From a bacterium (GTDB lineage Bacteria; UBA8248), in the NCBI GenBank assembly GCA_965199855.1, contig OZ241326.1, positions 2,624,001 to 2,688,000 on the forward strand: a DNA stretch of 64,000 nt, given 5' to 3'. Both the position numbers and the translations under genes were made by a program. This document shows positions 19,783-30,145 of the stretch, in pieces (within the stretch, counting starts at the first letter, position 1; each line of letters opens with the position of its first letter). The notes beneath the pieces were generated by a model. The model saw nothing but the letters and a program-made list of their open reading frames with translations. It made no database searches and was not told where the DNA came from.

Positions 19783-21237
19783 TCAGACCTTTCGCTTCCA
19801 GAGGGTGCCGCCCGGGCCGTCCTCCAGAACGACGCCGGCGTCCGAGAGCTCCTCTCGGATGCGGTCGGCTTCGGAGAAGTCCTTGTTCGAGCGCGCCTGC
19901 GCGCGCCGGCTCAGAAGCGTCTCGATCTCCTCGTCGGACAGGGCGCCGTTCGGAGCGGCGCCGCCTTCGGCGAGCGCGGCGCTTCGGAACCACGCATCGG
20001 GCGCGTGGGCGAAGAGGCCCAGAACCGCGCCCGCTTCCTCGAAAACCGCGCGGGCGGGCGCGGCCGCCGACTCGGGAAGCACCCCCCCCGCCTGGCTGAT
20101 GAGTCCGTTGACCCGGCGCGCGAAGTCGAACAGATGCCCCAGGGCGCGCGCGGTGTTGAAGTCGTCGTCCATCGTCTCCGTAAAGCGGACGCGGAAGGTG
20201 GCGGCCGCCTCCTCGACCTTCTCCTTCCAGCCGCCTGAATCCTCCCCGCCCGTCCGGGCGAGCCTGAGCCGCACGTTGTAGAGGCGATCCAGCCCCTTGC
20301 GCGCCTCGCCCATGACCCGATCCGAATAGTCCACCGGATGCCGGTAGTGCGCCCCCAGCAGGAAATACCGGATCGCCTCGGGGGGATAATCCTCCAGAAT
20401 CGCCTTGATGGTGAAGAAGTTCCCCTTCGACTTGCTCATCTTCTCGTGGTTGATCCGCACGAAGCCGTTGTGCATCCAGTAGCGCACCCAGTCGTGGCCG
20501 AAACAGCCCTCGCTCTGGGCGATTTCGTTCTCGTGGTGGGGGAATACGAGGTCCTCGCCGCCGCCGTGGATGTCGAACCTCTCGCCCAGGTGGCGGCTCG
20601 ACATGACGGAGCACTCGATGTGCCAGCCGGGGCGGCCCGCCCCCCAAGGGCTCTCCCACTCCGGCTCGCCCGGCTTCGCCGCCTTCCAGAGGGCGAAGTC
20701 GAGCGGGTTGCGCTTGCCCTCGCCGGGCTCGACGCGGTGGCCCGCCTCGAGCTCCTCCGTGTTCCGACCCGAGAGCTTCCCGTAGCCCGGAAATTTCGCC
20801 ACGTCGTAATAGACGCTGCCCGCCACCTCGTAGGCGAATCCCTTGTTCAGCAGTTCCGAGATCATCTTGATCATGCCCTCGATGTTCTCGGTGGCGCGGG
20901 GAGCGGCGTCCGCCCGCCGAACGCCGAGGGCGTCCATGTCGGCGTAGTATTCCCCGATGAACCTCTCGGTCAGCTCGTGGATGGGGGTCTTCAGGCGTCT
21001 GGCGCGCGCGATGATCTTGTCGTCCACATCCGTGAAGTTGCAGACGAAGAGCACCTCGTGGCCGCGATATTCGAGATAGCGGCGAACCACGTCGAAGACG
21101 ATGGCGGCGCGCGCGTGGCCCAGGTGGCAGTGGTCGTAGACCGTCACCCCGCACACGTACATCTTCACGCGCCCCGGCTCAAGGGGCTCCAGGGGCTCCT
21201 TCTTCCCACTCAGCGTGTTGTATAGCCGAACGCCCAA
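19783..21237 (-). CDS. cysS: Cysteine--tRNA ligase
   Basis: CGVTVYD, HLGH, GRPGWHIECS, KMSKS; TTG start at 21237 inferred. Confidence 0.96.
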   Translation of the reverse strand: MGVRLYNTLSGKKEPLEPLEPGRVKMYVCGVTVYDHCHLGHARAAIVFDVVRRYLEYRGHEVLFVCNFTDVDDKIIARARRLKTPIHELTERFIGEYYADMDALGVRRADAAPRATENIEGMIKMISELLNKGFAYEVAGSVYYDVAKFPGYGKLSGRNTEELEAGHRVEPGEGKRNPLDFALWKAAKPGEPEWESPWGAGRPGWHIECSVMSSRHLGERFDIHGGGEDLVFPHHENEIAQSEGCFGHDWVRYWMHNGFVRINHEKMSKSKGNFFTIKAILEDYPPEAIRYFLLGAHYRHPVDYSDRVMGEARKGLDRLYNVRLRLARTGGEDSGGWKEKVEEAAATFRVRFTETMDDDFNTARALGHLFDFARRVNGLISQAGGVLPESAAAPARAVFEEAGAVLGLFAHAPDAWFRSAALAEGGAAPNGALSDEEIETLLSRRAQARSNKDFSEADRIREELSDAGVVLEDGPGGTLWKRKV

Positions 21238-21343
21238 GTGGCTTTCTCCGGAATTCGCGCGAATGAGGGTCGGAAGTCGAAAAACGGGCCGGCGCGCCGG
21301 GCCCGCGCCCGGCGGGGAACTTGTCATGCCGCGAGGAGGGTCG

Positions 21344-21853
21344 TCAAGGCGAGAGCATCCGTATCGTGCAGACCGCCTGCGCCGCGACTCCCTCCTCGCG
21401 TCCGGCGAAGCCCAGACCCTCGCTCGTGGTCGCCTTGATTCCCACCATGCCGGGGGAGACGCCCAGCGTCTCCGAGAGCGCCTCGCGCATCGCGGGAATC
21501 CAGGGCGCGAGCCTGGGCCTTTGCGCCACGACCACGGCGTCCACGTTCCAGGGCCTCATCCCCGCTTCATCAAGAAGCCCCACCACGCTCGCCAGGAGCT
21601 CCCGGCTGTCCGCGTCCCGATACGCCTCGTCCGCGTCGGGAAAGTGCTGTCCGATGTCGCCCAGGGCCGCCGCGCCCAGCAGGGCGTCGCAAATCGCGTG
21701 GGTGAGCGCGTCGGCGTCCGAGTGCCCGGCCAGACCCCGCTCGTGGGGAATCTCCACCCCGCCCAGCACCAGACGGCGGCCCGCCTCGAAGCGATGAACG
21801 TCGCAGCCAATGCCGACCCGGATCAAAGGCGCCTCTCCGCTTCCCGCGCTCAT
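21344..21853 (-). CDS. ispF: 2-C-methyl-D-erythritol 2,4-cyclodiphosphate synthase
   Basis: [28 protein letters not shown]. Confidence 0.96.
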   Translation of the reverse strand: MSAGSGEAPLIRVGIGCDVHRFEAGRRLVLGGVEIPHERGLAGHSDADALTHAICDALLGAAALGDIGQHFPDADEAYRDADSRELLASVVGLLDEAGMRPWNVDAVVVAQRPRLAPWIPAMREALSETLGVSPGMVGIKATTSEGLGFAGREEGVAAQAVCTIRMLSP

Positions 21854-21908
21854 CGAAGCTCCATCCGGCGGCGCGCGTCACGCCGGACGAAGGGCGCGCG
21901 CGGCGCGC

Positions 21909-22643
21909 TCAGCCCCCTTCCGCCTCCAGCAGACGCGCCGCCAGCGCCAGGTCCTCCGGCGTCGTCACCTTGACGTTACGCGCGCATCCCTCCACGAGCC
22001 GCACCCGGACGCCGATGGCCTCGAGAAGCGCCGCCTCGTCGGTTCCCTCGAACCGCCCGGCCTCGGCCGAGGCCAGCGCGCGGGCGAGCAGCTCCCGGCG
22101 GGCGACCTGGGGCGTCTGGGCGAGCCAGAGGCTCTCGCGCGGCACCGTCCGCTCGATGAAGCCCTCCGCGCCGGCCGCCTTCACCGTATCCGCAACGCGC
22201 GCGGCCGCTATGCTTGCGCCCGTCCCGGCTGCGCCCAGCAGGCAGCGCGCCGTCAGGCCCCCCGGAAGAAGGGGGCGCGCCGCGTCGTGCACGACCACCC
22301 AGGCGGCGTCCCCGACGGCGGCCAGCCCGTTCGCCACCGAATCCTGGCGGCGCGCGCCGCCCTCGACAACCTCAACGACCGTCTCCAGCCCGTGGGGAAG
22401 CGGGGGCGGCTCCGACCCGGAGGGAATCGCCAGAACGATTCGCCCGACCAGCCCCTCGCCCGCGATCCGCAAAAGCGCGTGGTGGAACAGGGGCCTTCCC
22501 GCCAGCTCCCGAAACTGCTTCTCCACCGCTCCGGGCAGGCGCGAGCCTCTGCCCGCGGCGAGAACGACGGCCGCCGTCTCCTCCGGCTTCGGGAGGGAGG
22601 AGGACGCGCGTTCAGGCGCCGTTTCTCGCAAGCCCCGCTTCAT
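21909..22643 (-). CDS. ispD: 2-C-methyl-D-erythritol 4-phosphate cytidylyltransferase
   Basis: AAGRGSR, RQDSV, HDAARP, QTPQ, NVKVTTPED. Confidence 0.95.
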   Translation of the reverse strand: MKRGLRETAPERASSSLPKPEETAAVVLAAGRGSRLPGAVEKQFRELAGRPLFHHALLRIAGEGLVGRIVLAIPSGSEPPPLPHGLETVVEVVEGGARRQDSVANGLAAVGDAAWVVVHDAARPLLPGGLTARCLLGAAGTGASIAAARVADTVKAAGAEGFIERTVPRESLWLAQTPQVARRELLARALASAEAGRFEGTDEAALLEAIGVRVRLVEGCARNVKVTTPEDLALAARLLEAEGG

Positions 22644-23685
22644 CCCGTATTTTCGTGAAAATCATCCGCCCGGCGGTCGTCTGCAGAACGCTCGTCACCG
22701 AGACGGACACCTGCTCGCCGATGCGCTCGCGCGCGTGATCCACCACCACCATCGTGCCGTCGTCCAGGTAGCCCACGCCCTGCCCCGGCTCCTTGCCCTC
22801 CTTGACCACGAGCACGCTCATGTCCTCGCCGGGCAGGACGACCGGCCGCACCGCGTTCGCCAGCTCGTTGACGTTGAGGACCCGCACCCCCTGAAGCTCC
22901 GCCACCTTGTTGAGGTTGAAGTCGTTGGTCATCACCGCCCCGCAAAGCTCCTTGCCGAGGAGGACGAGTTTGGTGTCCACCTCCTTCACGCGGGGAAAAT
23001 CCGTCTCCACGATGCGGATGCCTACCTCCTGGTTCTCCTGCATCCGCTTCAGGACATCGAGTCCGCGGCGGCCGCGGTTCCGCTTGAGGGAATCGGAGGA
23101 ATCCGCGATCTGCTGCAGCTCCTTCAGCACGAAGCGGGGCAGCACCAGGGGGCCCTCGACGAAGCCCGCCTCGCAGACGTCCGCGACGCGCCCGTCGATG
23201 ATGACGCTGGTGTCGAGAATTTTCGGGTGAGCGCGCCTCTCCCCGGGCGCCTCGTCCGGTTCCGGGGAGAGGCGGGGCGCGCATCGGCTCCCCGCCGCCG
23301 CGCCGGAAAAAGCGCCCGTCCAGGCGAGGAGCAGTCCGACGGAGGCGGAGGCCATGGGCCGCGCCGCGGCCGGAATCGCCTCGCCCGCGACGCCGAGGAG
23401 CAGCCAGGACGCCGCCAGGCCGACCAGCAGGCCCGCCGCCGCCCCCGCCAGCGCGCCGACTCCGAGTCGGGCGAGCTCCCGCGCGATTCCCCAGCAGGCG
23501 GCGCCCGCCAGAACGCCGGCCGCCGCGCCGACCGCGGCGCCGTGGGCGCTCATCAGCGCCTCGCCCGCTCCCGCGCCCAATCCTCCGCACAGGAGGAGGA
23601 GCAAAACGCCCGAAACGAGGGCGGGACGCCCGGGCGCCCCGCCGCCGGGCGACGCGTTCGTCGTGCTCTTCACAGGATCCTTCAT
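22612..23685 (-). CDS. Membrane-anchored PIN/TRAM domain protein (YacL family)
   Basis: TM helices, LDTSVIIDGR, TNDFNLNKVA, GYLDDGTMVVV; usual position upstream of ispD. Confidence 0.92.
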   Translation of the reverse strand: MKDPVKSTTNASPGGGAPGRPALVSGVLLLLLCGGLGAGAGEALMSAHGAAVGAAAGVLAGAACWGIARELARLGVGALAGAAAGLLVGLAASWLLLGVAGEAIPAAARPMASASVGLLLAWTGAFSGAAAGSRCAPRLSPEPDEAPGERRAHPKILDTSVIIDGRVADVCEAGFVEGPLVLPRFVLKELQQIADSSDSLKRNRGRRGLDVLKRMQENQEVGIRIVETDFPRVKEVDTKLVLLGKELCGAVMTNDFNLNKVAELQGVRVLNVNELANAVRPVVLPGEDMSVLVVKEGKEPGQGVGYLDDGTMVVVDHARERIGEQVSVSVTSVLQTTAGRMIFTKIRDEAGLARNGA

Positions 23686-23731
23686 GCGCTTCTCCCGCCG
23701 TGTCTTATGGATAAGAAAACGCCGTGAACGG

Positions 23732-24217
23732 CTATCTTTCATCCAGAACGTAATCTCCGCTTTTTCCGCCCGTTTTCCGCGCGAGCCGGATGTCCCCGAG
23801 AACCATGCCCTTGTCCACCGCCTTGCACATGTCGTAGACCGTGAGGCCGGCCACGCCCACGGCCGTGAGCGCCTCCATCTCCACCCCCGTCCGATCCTCG
23901 GCGCGGACGGCGGCCTCGATGCGGAGCAGGCCCGCCGGCTCATCGGCCGAGAAATTCAGCTCCACGCTCGATACGCGGAGCGGGTGGCACATCGGGATGA
24001 GGCTCGCGCACCCCTTCGCCGCCATGACGCCCGCCACGCGCGCCGTCCCCAGCACGTCGCCCTTGGGGATTCCGCCGTCCAGGATGAGGCGCAGGGTCTC
24101 CGGCGCCATCTCCAGCCGGCCGCGCGCCACGGCCTCCCGGCGGGTGACGGGCTTGCCCCCCACGTCCACCATTCGGGCGCGCCCCTTTTCATCCAGATGA
24201 GAGAGTTCGCGAGCCAT
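23732..24217 (-). CDS. moaC: Cyclic pyranopterin monophosphate synthase
   Basis: LIPMCHP, TGVEMEAL, YDMCKAVD. Confidence 0.96.
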   Translation of the reverse strand: MARELSHLDEKGRARMVDVGGKPVTRREAVARGRLEMAPETLRLILDGGIPKGDVLGTARVAGVMAAKGCASLIPMCHPLRVSSVELNFSADEPAGLLRIEAAVRAEDRTGVEMEALTAVGVAGLTVYDMCKAVDKGMVLGDIRLARKTGGKSGDYVLDER

Positions 24218-24381
24218 CGGACGCCACGCGCCTCCAGCGCGGTTTCGGGGAAGCCCCGCAAAGCGGGCGGTTCCGCGTTCACCGAAGGCGCATCATACAA
24301 CAGGGGGAGGAAACGGAAAAGGCGCGGGCTCGCGAAGCGCGCCGCTTCGCCCGATTTCGCCGCGGGGGGAGCTACGGGGCG

Positions 24382-25683
24382 TCAGGCCAGCGAGGAGCAG
24401 AGGGCCTCGTCCGCTTCGCCCGCATTCCCGGCATTTCCCGCGAAGGGCAGCGCGAGCGCGAGAAACGCGGTCATCACCACCTCGGAATCGCCGAAGTTAT
24501 ACTCGAACATGCCAGCGCTCAGAAAACCCGCCGCCACGGCGAGACCGCTCACAATCCGGAATCGCGCGACAAAGGGGCCGTCCCTCGCGTGACGGAGTCT
24601 GCGGATCACCAGAACGAAATACCCGATCCAGAGCCATATCCACGCGGCGAGGGTGAGAGCCCCCCGCTCGGCGGCGAGGTTCATCAGGTTGTTGTGCAGA
24701 TGACCCCGCGCTTTCACTCTCGCCCCGGGGTTCGCGTATGGCGCGAAGTTGCGCTTGATCTGGGCGGGTCCGACGCCAAGAAACTTCTTGTCCATCCACA
24801 TTCGGAAGCCGCTTTCCCACATATACAGACGCTCCGCGGCCGATTCTTCCCACGGGTTCAGGATGTTTTTCGCACGCTGGCGCATCGGCTGGGGCGCCAT
24901 AAACGCCACCAGCAAAACCAGCAATATCAAAAACAGGACTGCTTCTCTGCTTTTGTTCGCGGCGGCAATGACAACCACGCCAACGGCGAAGCCGACCCAC
25001 GCATGGCGGCACAGGGAAACCGCGAGCGCGGCGACGATGAGCGAGATCACAAGCCAAATCCCCACCCCCGCCCGCCTCCAACCGAGAGTAAATGCGTATG
25101 AAAGCGGCAGGAGGCCCACCACGAGCAAAAAGCCGCCAAACGTCATGGGATTGCTGAAAAAGCCCGCCCCTCGATTCATCGACGGCCCAAGGGCCTGCAA
25201 CGAAGCGAAGAGGGCATACGAAGCGGCTACGCCCACGGCGATGAGGAGCAGCCGCAACAGCCAGAGGGCCTCCCGCTCGTCTTCCAAGACGTTCATCGCC
25301 AGATAAAAAATCAGTATCTGGGTCAGTTCCCTGGTCTTGACGAGGCTCTCGACAGGAGCGGCGGAATGAAGCGCGCTCGCAAGGGTCAAAAGCGCGAAAA
25401 GAAGCCAAGGCTTCCACAAAGGCAACTTCAGGGTCCGCGAGGGGGCCTCCCTGACGATGGAAGCCAGCCACGCCGCGATGGCCGTGAAGACGCAAATCTG
25501 GGCGAGCGATATCGAAAACGGGACGCAGACGGCGAAGCCCAAAAGCCCGCCGAACGCCAGTCTGGAGAGCGGCGCGCGCTTCCCGAAGTGAACTCGTAGC
25601 CTCGCGGAAAGGTTGCTCGACAGCACCGCCACGCCTCCTTTGAAGCGTTGATGCGACGCCGCCGCACCCGCGAGGGCGGCCAT
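24382..25683 (-). CDS. O-antigen ligase (Wzy_C) family membrane protein
   Basis: Many TM helices; ERLYMW...GVG...HLHNN...AAERG; start uncertain. Confidence 0.8.
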   Translation of the reverse strand: MAALAGAAASHQRFKGGVAVLSSNLSARLRVHFGKRAPLSRLAFGGLLGFAVCVPFSISLAQICVFTAIAAWLASIVREAPSRTLKLPLWKPWLLFALLTLASALHSAAPVESLVKTRELTQILIFYLAMNVLEDEREALWLLRLLLIAVGVAASYALFASLQALGPSMNRGAGFFSNPMTFGGFLLVVGLLPLSYAFTLGWRRAGVGIWLVISLIVAALAVSLCRHAWVGFAVGVVVIAAANKSREAVLFLILLVLLVAFMAPQPMRQRAKNILNPWEESAAERLYMWESGFRMWMDKKFLGVGPAQIKRNFAPYANPGARVKARGHLHNNLMNLAAERGALTLAAWIWLWIGYFVLVIRRLRHARDGPFVARFRIVSGLAVAAGFLSAGMFEYNFGDSEVVMTAFLALALPFAGNAGNAGEADEALCSSLA

Positions 25684-25810
25684 CGGTTCCCGTCCATTCT
25701 TCTTTCGCCGCTCCCGGCGCGAGTGGAACCTTCCATGCGGAGCGAGAGGGTTCAGTCATGCGGCACAGGTCAGGGCTCCCGTCCATAGAAGCGGAGCAGA
25801 ACGACATAGA

Positions 25811-25996
25811 TCAGAGCGGCCCAAAAAACGACTCGAAGAAATATAATAGACTCTCTCCCCAAAAATAAAACAGGATGGCGAGATACAAAATCAAAACCCA
25901 GAAAGCGAGTTGGAGAACCCGCACGTTAGAAGCTGCCGCGGTGAACGCCGATCCAGAATATGAAGCTTTCCGCCACGGCGAACGGAGGAGCCGCAT
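25811..25996 (-). CDS. Small hypothetical membrane protein (61 aa)
   Basis: GAGGAG about 10 nt before ATG 25996; C-terminal hydrophobic helix. Confidence 0.45.
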   Translation of the reverse strand: MRLLRSPWRKASYSGSAFTAAASNVRVLQLAFWVLILYLAILFYFWGESLLYFFESFFGPL

Positions 25997-26055
25997 CCAT
26001 CTTTCTCTCCTCAATCGTGAAAGCGTCCGGCGTCCAGACGCAGTCCGGGCCGGTT

Positions 26056-26166
26056 GGCACACAATCCACGATTGAGAAGTGGGTTCCCGCCTATTCCGAC
26101 TCCTGGGGGGAGCCGTCTTGTATTCGGCGAGCGACCCGAAATCGAACCGCTCGTGGATCATGTGCC
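26056..26166 (-). ncRNA. Putative rod-shaped structured RNA or leader
   Basis: 16-bp terminal helix with two G-U pairs on the minus strand only; nested stems; begins at the predicted TSS. Confidence 0.45.
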
Positions 26167-26173
26167 GGGGAGA

Positions 26174-26202
26174 ATAATGCTTGGCGGGCGCGGGCTTGTC
26201 AA
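26174..26202 (-). promoter_or_regulatory. Sigma70 promoter
   Basis: TTGACA-17 nt-CATTAT. Confidence 0.55.
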
Positions 26203-26340
26203 GCGGAGATGGATGCGAAATAAGCGGTTTCGCCCGATTTCGTCGCGGAAGGAGCTACGGGGCGGCCAGTGCGGTCGGGAACTCCTGTTCGCTGAACACC
26301 AGGCGGAACGCGCCGCGGACGGGGCCGTCGCGCGCGCGCC

Positions 26341-26895
26341 CTACAGCTTCGCCAGGGTGAGGCCCTGCTGCTTCTGGTATTTGCCCTTCTTGTCGGCGTA
26401 GGAGGTGGCGCACTCCTCGTCGCTCTCGAAGAAGAGCACCTGGGCTATTCCCTCGTTCGCGTAGATTTTGGCGGGGAGCGGGGTGGTGTTCGACACCTCG
26501 AGGGTGACGAAGCCCTCCCACTCCGGCTCGAAGGGGGTGACGTTGACGATGATGCCGCAGCGCGCGTAGGTGCTCTTTCCCACGCAGACGGTGAGCACGC
26601 TGCGGGGGATGCGGAAATACTCCACCGTCCGCGCGAGCGCGAAGGAGTTGGGCGGGATGACGCAGGTCTCCGCCTTCACGCGGACGAGGGAGCGATCGTC
26701 GAAGTTCTTCGGGTCCACGATGGTGGAGTTCACGTTCGTGAAGATCATGAACTCGTCGGCGATGCGGATGTCGTAGCCGTAGGAAGAGACGCCGTAGGAG
26801 ATGGCGCCGCCGCGCACCTGCCTGTCCTCAAAGGGCTCGATCATGCCGCGCTCGCGCGCCATTTTGGCGATCCACCTGTCCGGCTTGATCGACAT
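26341..26895 (-). CDS. dcd: dCTP deaminase
   Basis: [27 protein letters not shown]; ATG at 26895. Confidence 0.95.
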   Translation of the reverse strand: MSIKPDRWIAKMARERGMIEPFEDRQVRGGAISYGVSSYGYDIRIADEFMIFTNVNSTIVDPKNFDDRSLVRVKAETCVIPPNSFALARTVEYFRIPRSVLTVCVGKSTYARCGIIVNVTPFEPEWEGFVTLEVSNTTPLPAKIYANEGIAQVLFFESDEECATSYADKKGKYQKQQGLTLAKL

Positions 26896-27093
26896 CGCGC
26901 CCCCCGCCCCCGGCGCTGTGAAACGCGGCGCAAAAGCATCCGGGGGCGAAGGGAGGCCAACTCCCCCCGCCCCCAGAAAGACCGCCCTCGTCCGCCCGAA
27001 ACGAGGGCGATTCTCCCGCTCGCCGGCTCCGATGAAGCCGGCGAGGCGTCGGGATTCGCATCTGAAATCCGCACTCGGAACGAAAGGATATAA

Positions 27094-27150
27094 ACACAAG
27101 ATGTTGCGCCGCGTCAACGCTTTTCGAGGGGAAAAACACAATTTCTTGTG
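27094..27150. promoter_or_regulatory. Tandem NrdR-box-like operators upstream of dcd
   Basis: ACACAAGATGTTGCG (27094) and ACACAATTTCTTGTG (27136), 42 bp apart, flanking a minus-strand TTGACG. Confidence 0.55.
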
Positions 27151-27232
27151 GACAGTTCGCGCAAAACCTGGGGATATCCCGGGGGAGAACCTGTGAAAAA
27201 AGCGTGGAAAAAGAAGCCCCGGAGCGCGGCGC

Positions 27233-28087
27233 CTACCGGAACCTCTCCGCGTGAACCTCGACTTTGGCCGCCTCGCGCAGCTTGCGGATGAGCGCCTCGT
27301 ATTTCTCCCGGCGCCTGAGCTCCGAATACAGGAGCTTCACGTCGCTTTCGACGTCCTCGAATTCCGCGTCCGACGCCCCGACGCGCTCCGTGACCCGTAT
27401 CACCTGCCAGCCCGCCGAGGTCTTGATCGGCTCGCTCGGCTGGCCGACGGGCAGGCGGAACGCGGCCTCCTCCAGCGCCTTCTCCAGCGCCCCCCGCTCG
27501 GCCGTGCCCATCATCCCGCCCGAATCGCGCGTGGACTCGAAGATGGAGCGCCGCCGCGCCACCTGCGCGAAAGGAACCCCTCGCCTCAGTTCGGCGACGG
27601 CGTCCCACGCCTCCCGCTCCGTTTTCAGCACGATGTGGCCCAGGGTCACCGACTCCTTGCGCCGGAAGCGCTCCCTGTTGGCGAGGAAGAAATCCCGCAG
27701 CTGCTGATCGGACGCTTCCTCCTTCTCCAACCCCCGATTCAGGAGCCGCTCGATGACGAGCCTGCGCCTCAGACTCTCCACCTTCCGCCGGATTTCGGGC
27801 GAGGCGTCCATGCGCCGCCGAATCGCCTCCTGATACAGGAGCTCCCCCTGGACGAGGCCATCCAGAAACCGCCCCTTGTTCTCGCGGATGCGGATGCGGA
27901 CGGCGGGGGCGAGCAGCTTCAGCCTCTCCTCTATATCCTTCAGGGTGATTTTCTTCTCGTTCACCTCGATGACGACCGCGTTCGCGTCCCGGGTTGGCGC
28001 GCCGCTCTTCTCCTGCGCGTCCCCGGCGGGCGCGCCTCCCAGCAGCAGGGCCGCCGCCGCGAGCGCGGGCGCTTTTTTCACGTTCAT
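27233..28087 (-). CDS. Exported PpiC/parvulin-type peptidyl-prolyl isomerase
   Basis: Signal peptide; HIVL...FAQVARRRS...GGMMG...[13 protein letters not shown]. Confidence 0.85.
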   Translation of the reverse strand: MNVKKAPALAAAALLLGGAPAGDAQEKSGAPTRDANAVVIEVNEKKITLKDIEERLKLLAPAVRIRIRENKGRFLDGLVQGELLYQEAIRRRMDASPEIRRKVESLRRRLVIERLLNRGLEKEEASDQQLRDFFLANRERFRRKESVTLGHIVLKTEREAWDAVAELRRGVPFAQVARRRSIFESTRDSGGMMGTAERGALEKALEEAAFRLPVGQPSEPIKTSAGWQVIRVTERVGASDAEFEDVESDVKLLYSELRRREKYEALIRKLREAAKVEVHAERFR

Positions 28088-28180
28088 CCGATCCCGCTCC
28101 CCATCATCGCGCGAAAGTCGAAAGCCAAGGTCAATATACGAACAAACGGCGCGGAACAAAAACGCCGATCCGCTCCCCCC

Positions 28181-29146
28181 TCACGCGAAATACGCGAACA
28201 TCACGAACAGATAGCCCGCATACGCGGAAAGCAGGGCGAACCCCGCCCCGCGCCCCACGCCGCGCCTCCACAGGGCGAGAGACAGGAACAGAAGCATCAG
28301 CAGCAGCATGAAGGGAAAATCGAGAACGAACGACTGCCGCTCGACCCCCAGGGGCGCGACGAGGGACGCCCCGCCGAGCACCCAGGCGATGTTCAGGACG
28401 TTCGCCCCCATCACGTTGCCGACGGCGATGTCCCCGTGCCCGCGCAAAGAGGCGGAAACGGCCGTGACCAGCTCGGGCAGCGACGTGCCGACGGCGACGA
28501 GCGTAAGCCCGATGACCAGCTCGGGAACGCCCATGGCGCGCGCCAGATGCGCGGCGTTCTGCACGAGCAGGACGCTGCCGGAGACGACCAGAGCCGCCCC
28601 GGCCGCGAACCGCGGCCCGACGCCGCGCTCGCCTCCCGCGCTCGCCGCCTCGCCGGCGCTCCCGGAGTTCGCCCGCCTCGCCCGCCTCATGCCGAACCAC
28701 AGATACGAAAGCGCCAGGACGAACAGGAGCAGCCCCTCCGCGGCGCCGAGCTCCGCGTCGCGCCCCAGCAGAACCAGCAGGACGCCCAGCGCGAGCATGA
28801 AGGCGCCCTCGGGCGCGACGTCCTCCCTGGCGAGGGCGACGGGCGCGATGAGGGAGGCGACCGCCAGAATCAGCCCGATGTTGCAGATGGTGGAGCCGAC
28901 CGCGTTCCCCATCGAGGTGGCCGGATGCCCCAGCCAGGCCGCGATGACGGAGACGCTGAACTCCGGGGCCGTCGTCGCCAGACTCACCAGGGTGGCGCCG
29001 ACGACGACCTTGGGAATTCCCGTGACGCGGGCGACGCCCACCGCGCCGGCGGTGAACCAGTCGGCGCCTTTCGCTATGACGAGAATTCCCGCGGAAAACA
29101 GGAGGAGATTCGCCCAGAGAGGCAAACCCGCAAACCAGGCTTCCAT
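28181..29146 (-). CDS. Calcium/sodium antiporter (YrbG family)
   Basis: Alpha repeats ATTAPE...GNAVGS and GTSLPE...GNVMGAN. Confidence 0.92.
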   Translation of the reverse strand: MEAWFAGLPLWANLLLFSAGILVIAKGADWFTAGAVGVARVTGIPKVVVGATLVSLATTAPEFSVSVIAAWLGHPATSMGNAVGSTICNIGLILAVASLIAPVALAREDVAPEGAFMLALGVLLVLLGRDAELGAAEGLLLFVLALSYLWFGMRRARRANSGSAGEAASAGGERGVGPRFAAGAALVVSGSVLLVQNAAHLARAMGVPELVIGLTLVAVGTSLPELVTAVSASLRGHGDIAVGNVMGANVLNIAWVLGGASLVAPLGVERQSFVLDFPFMLLLMLLFLSLALWRRGVGRGAGFALLSAYAGYLFVMFAYFA

Positions 29147-29198
29147 GCTCAGGAGGCGTCCTTCACTCGGGCGGGGAGGGCGCGCCGCGGACGGGCGG

Positions 29199-29984
29199 CT
29201 ACCTGCCCTCGAACCTGGGCTCGCGCTTCTCCCGAAACGCGGCGAGTCCTTCCTGAAAATCCCGGCTGGCGCTCGTCTCGGCCTGCGCCGCCGCCTCCGC
29301 GCGAAGCGCCGCGCCCACGTCCAGGCCGCCCGACTGGCGAACCAGCCTCTTCGCCGCCCGAAGCGCGAGGGAGGGGCCCTCGGCGAGTTTGCGGCCGAGC
29401 GCCATCGCCTCCTCCATGAGCGACTCGTCCGGATGCACGGAGCGGACGAGGCCGATGGAGAGCGCCGTCCGCGCGTCGACGCTCTCGCCCGTCAATATCA
29501 TCTCCAGGGCTTTCGCGGCGCCCGCGACGCGCGGCAGGAAAAACGTGCCCCCGCAGTCCGGCGCCAGCCCCACGTGGCGATACGCCTGCCCGAACGACGC
29601 GCTCGCCCCCGCCAGACGAATGTCGCAGGCCAGGGCGATGTCGCATCCCGCGCCCACGGCGAAGCCGTTGACCGCCGCCACCGTCGGGCACCGAACCTCG
29701 TAGAGGCGCGCCAGGGAACTCTGGTAGTCCGGCCAGAGGAACTCTTCCATTCGCTCGCCCGCCCCGACGCGCTCCTCGATTTCCCGCAGGTCCCCGCCCG
29801 CGGAGAAGGCGCGCCCCGCGCCGGTCAAAACCATCGCGCGGATGTCGGGTTCGTCGCATCTCTCGCAGACCTCGCGCAGCGCGCGCGCCATCTCGCGGTT
29901 CAGGGCGTTCAGCGCGTCGGGACGGTTCAGCCGCGCGACGGCCAGGCCGCCTTCTTTCTCGAAGCTTATGGCTTCCCATGTCAT
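29199..29984 (-). CDS. Enoyl-CoA hydratase/isomerase family (PaaG-like)
   Basis: AFSAGGDL, GAGCDIALACD, GLAPDCGG. Confidence 0.88.
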   Translation of the reverse strand: MTWEAISFEKEGGLAVARLNRPDALNALNREMARALREVCERCDEPDIRAMVLTGAGRAFSAGGDLREIEERVGAGERMEEFLWPDYQSSLARLYEVRCPTVAAVNGFAVGAGCDIALACDIRLAGASASFGQAYRHVGLAPDCGGTFFLPRVAGAAKALEMILTGESVDARTALSIGLVRSVHPDESLMEEAMALGRKLAEGPSLALRAAKRLVRQSGGLDVGAALRAEAAAQAETSASRDFQEGLAAFREKREPRFEGR

Positions 29985-30145
29985 TATGCTATGCTTCCCT
30001 GCCCGGCGGCGGCGACGGATTGTCACTTTCCCTACAATATGGCATATAATCGCCGGATGGAAGGAGAGGAGCGACCGCGGCCGGAAAAAGCGACGGCCAC
30101 CTTCGCGGGCGGCGCGGTGATCGCCCGGCGAACTTCCGCTCGGCC

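Noticed and set aside
25811-26161. 116-aa version of the hypothetical ORF
   Set aside because: The 5' half coincides with the structured RNA and has no SD; ATG 25996 has one.
26056-26166. SRP (4.5S) RNA or tRNA-Sec
   Set aside because: No SRP domain IV motif or GNRA apex; no cloverleaf or UCA anticodon.
27147-27211. Replication origin oriC
   Set aside because: Boxes are degenerate, no extended unwinding element is evident and no dnaA/dnaN context is present.
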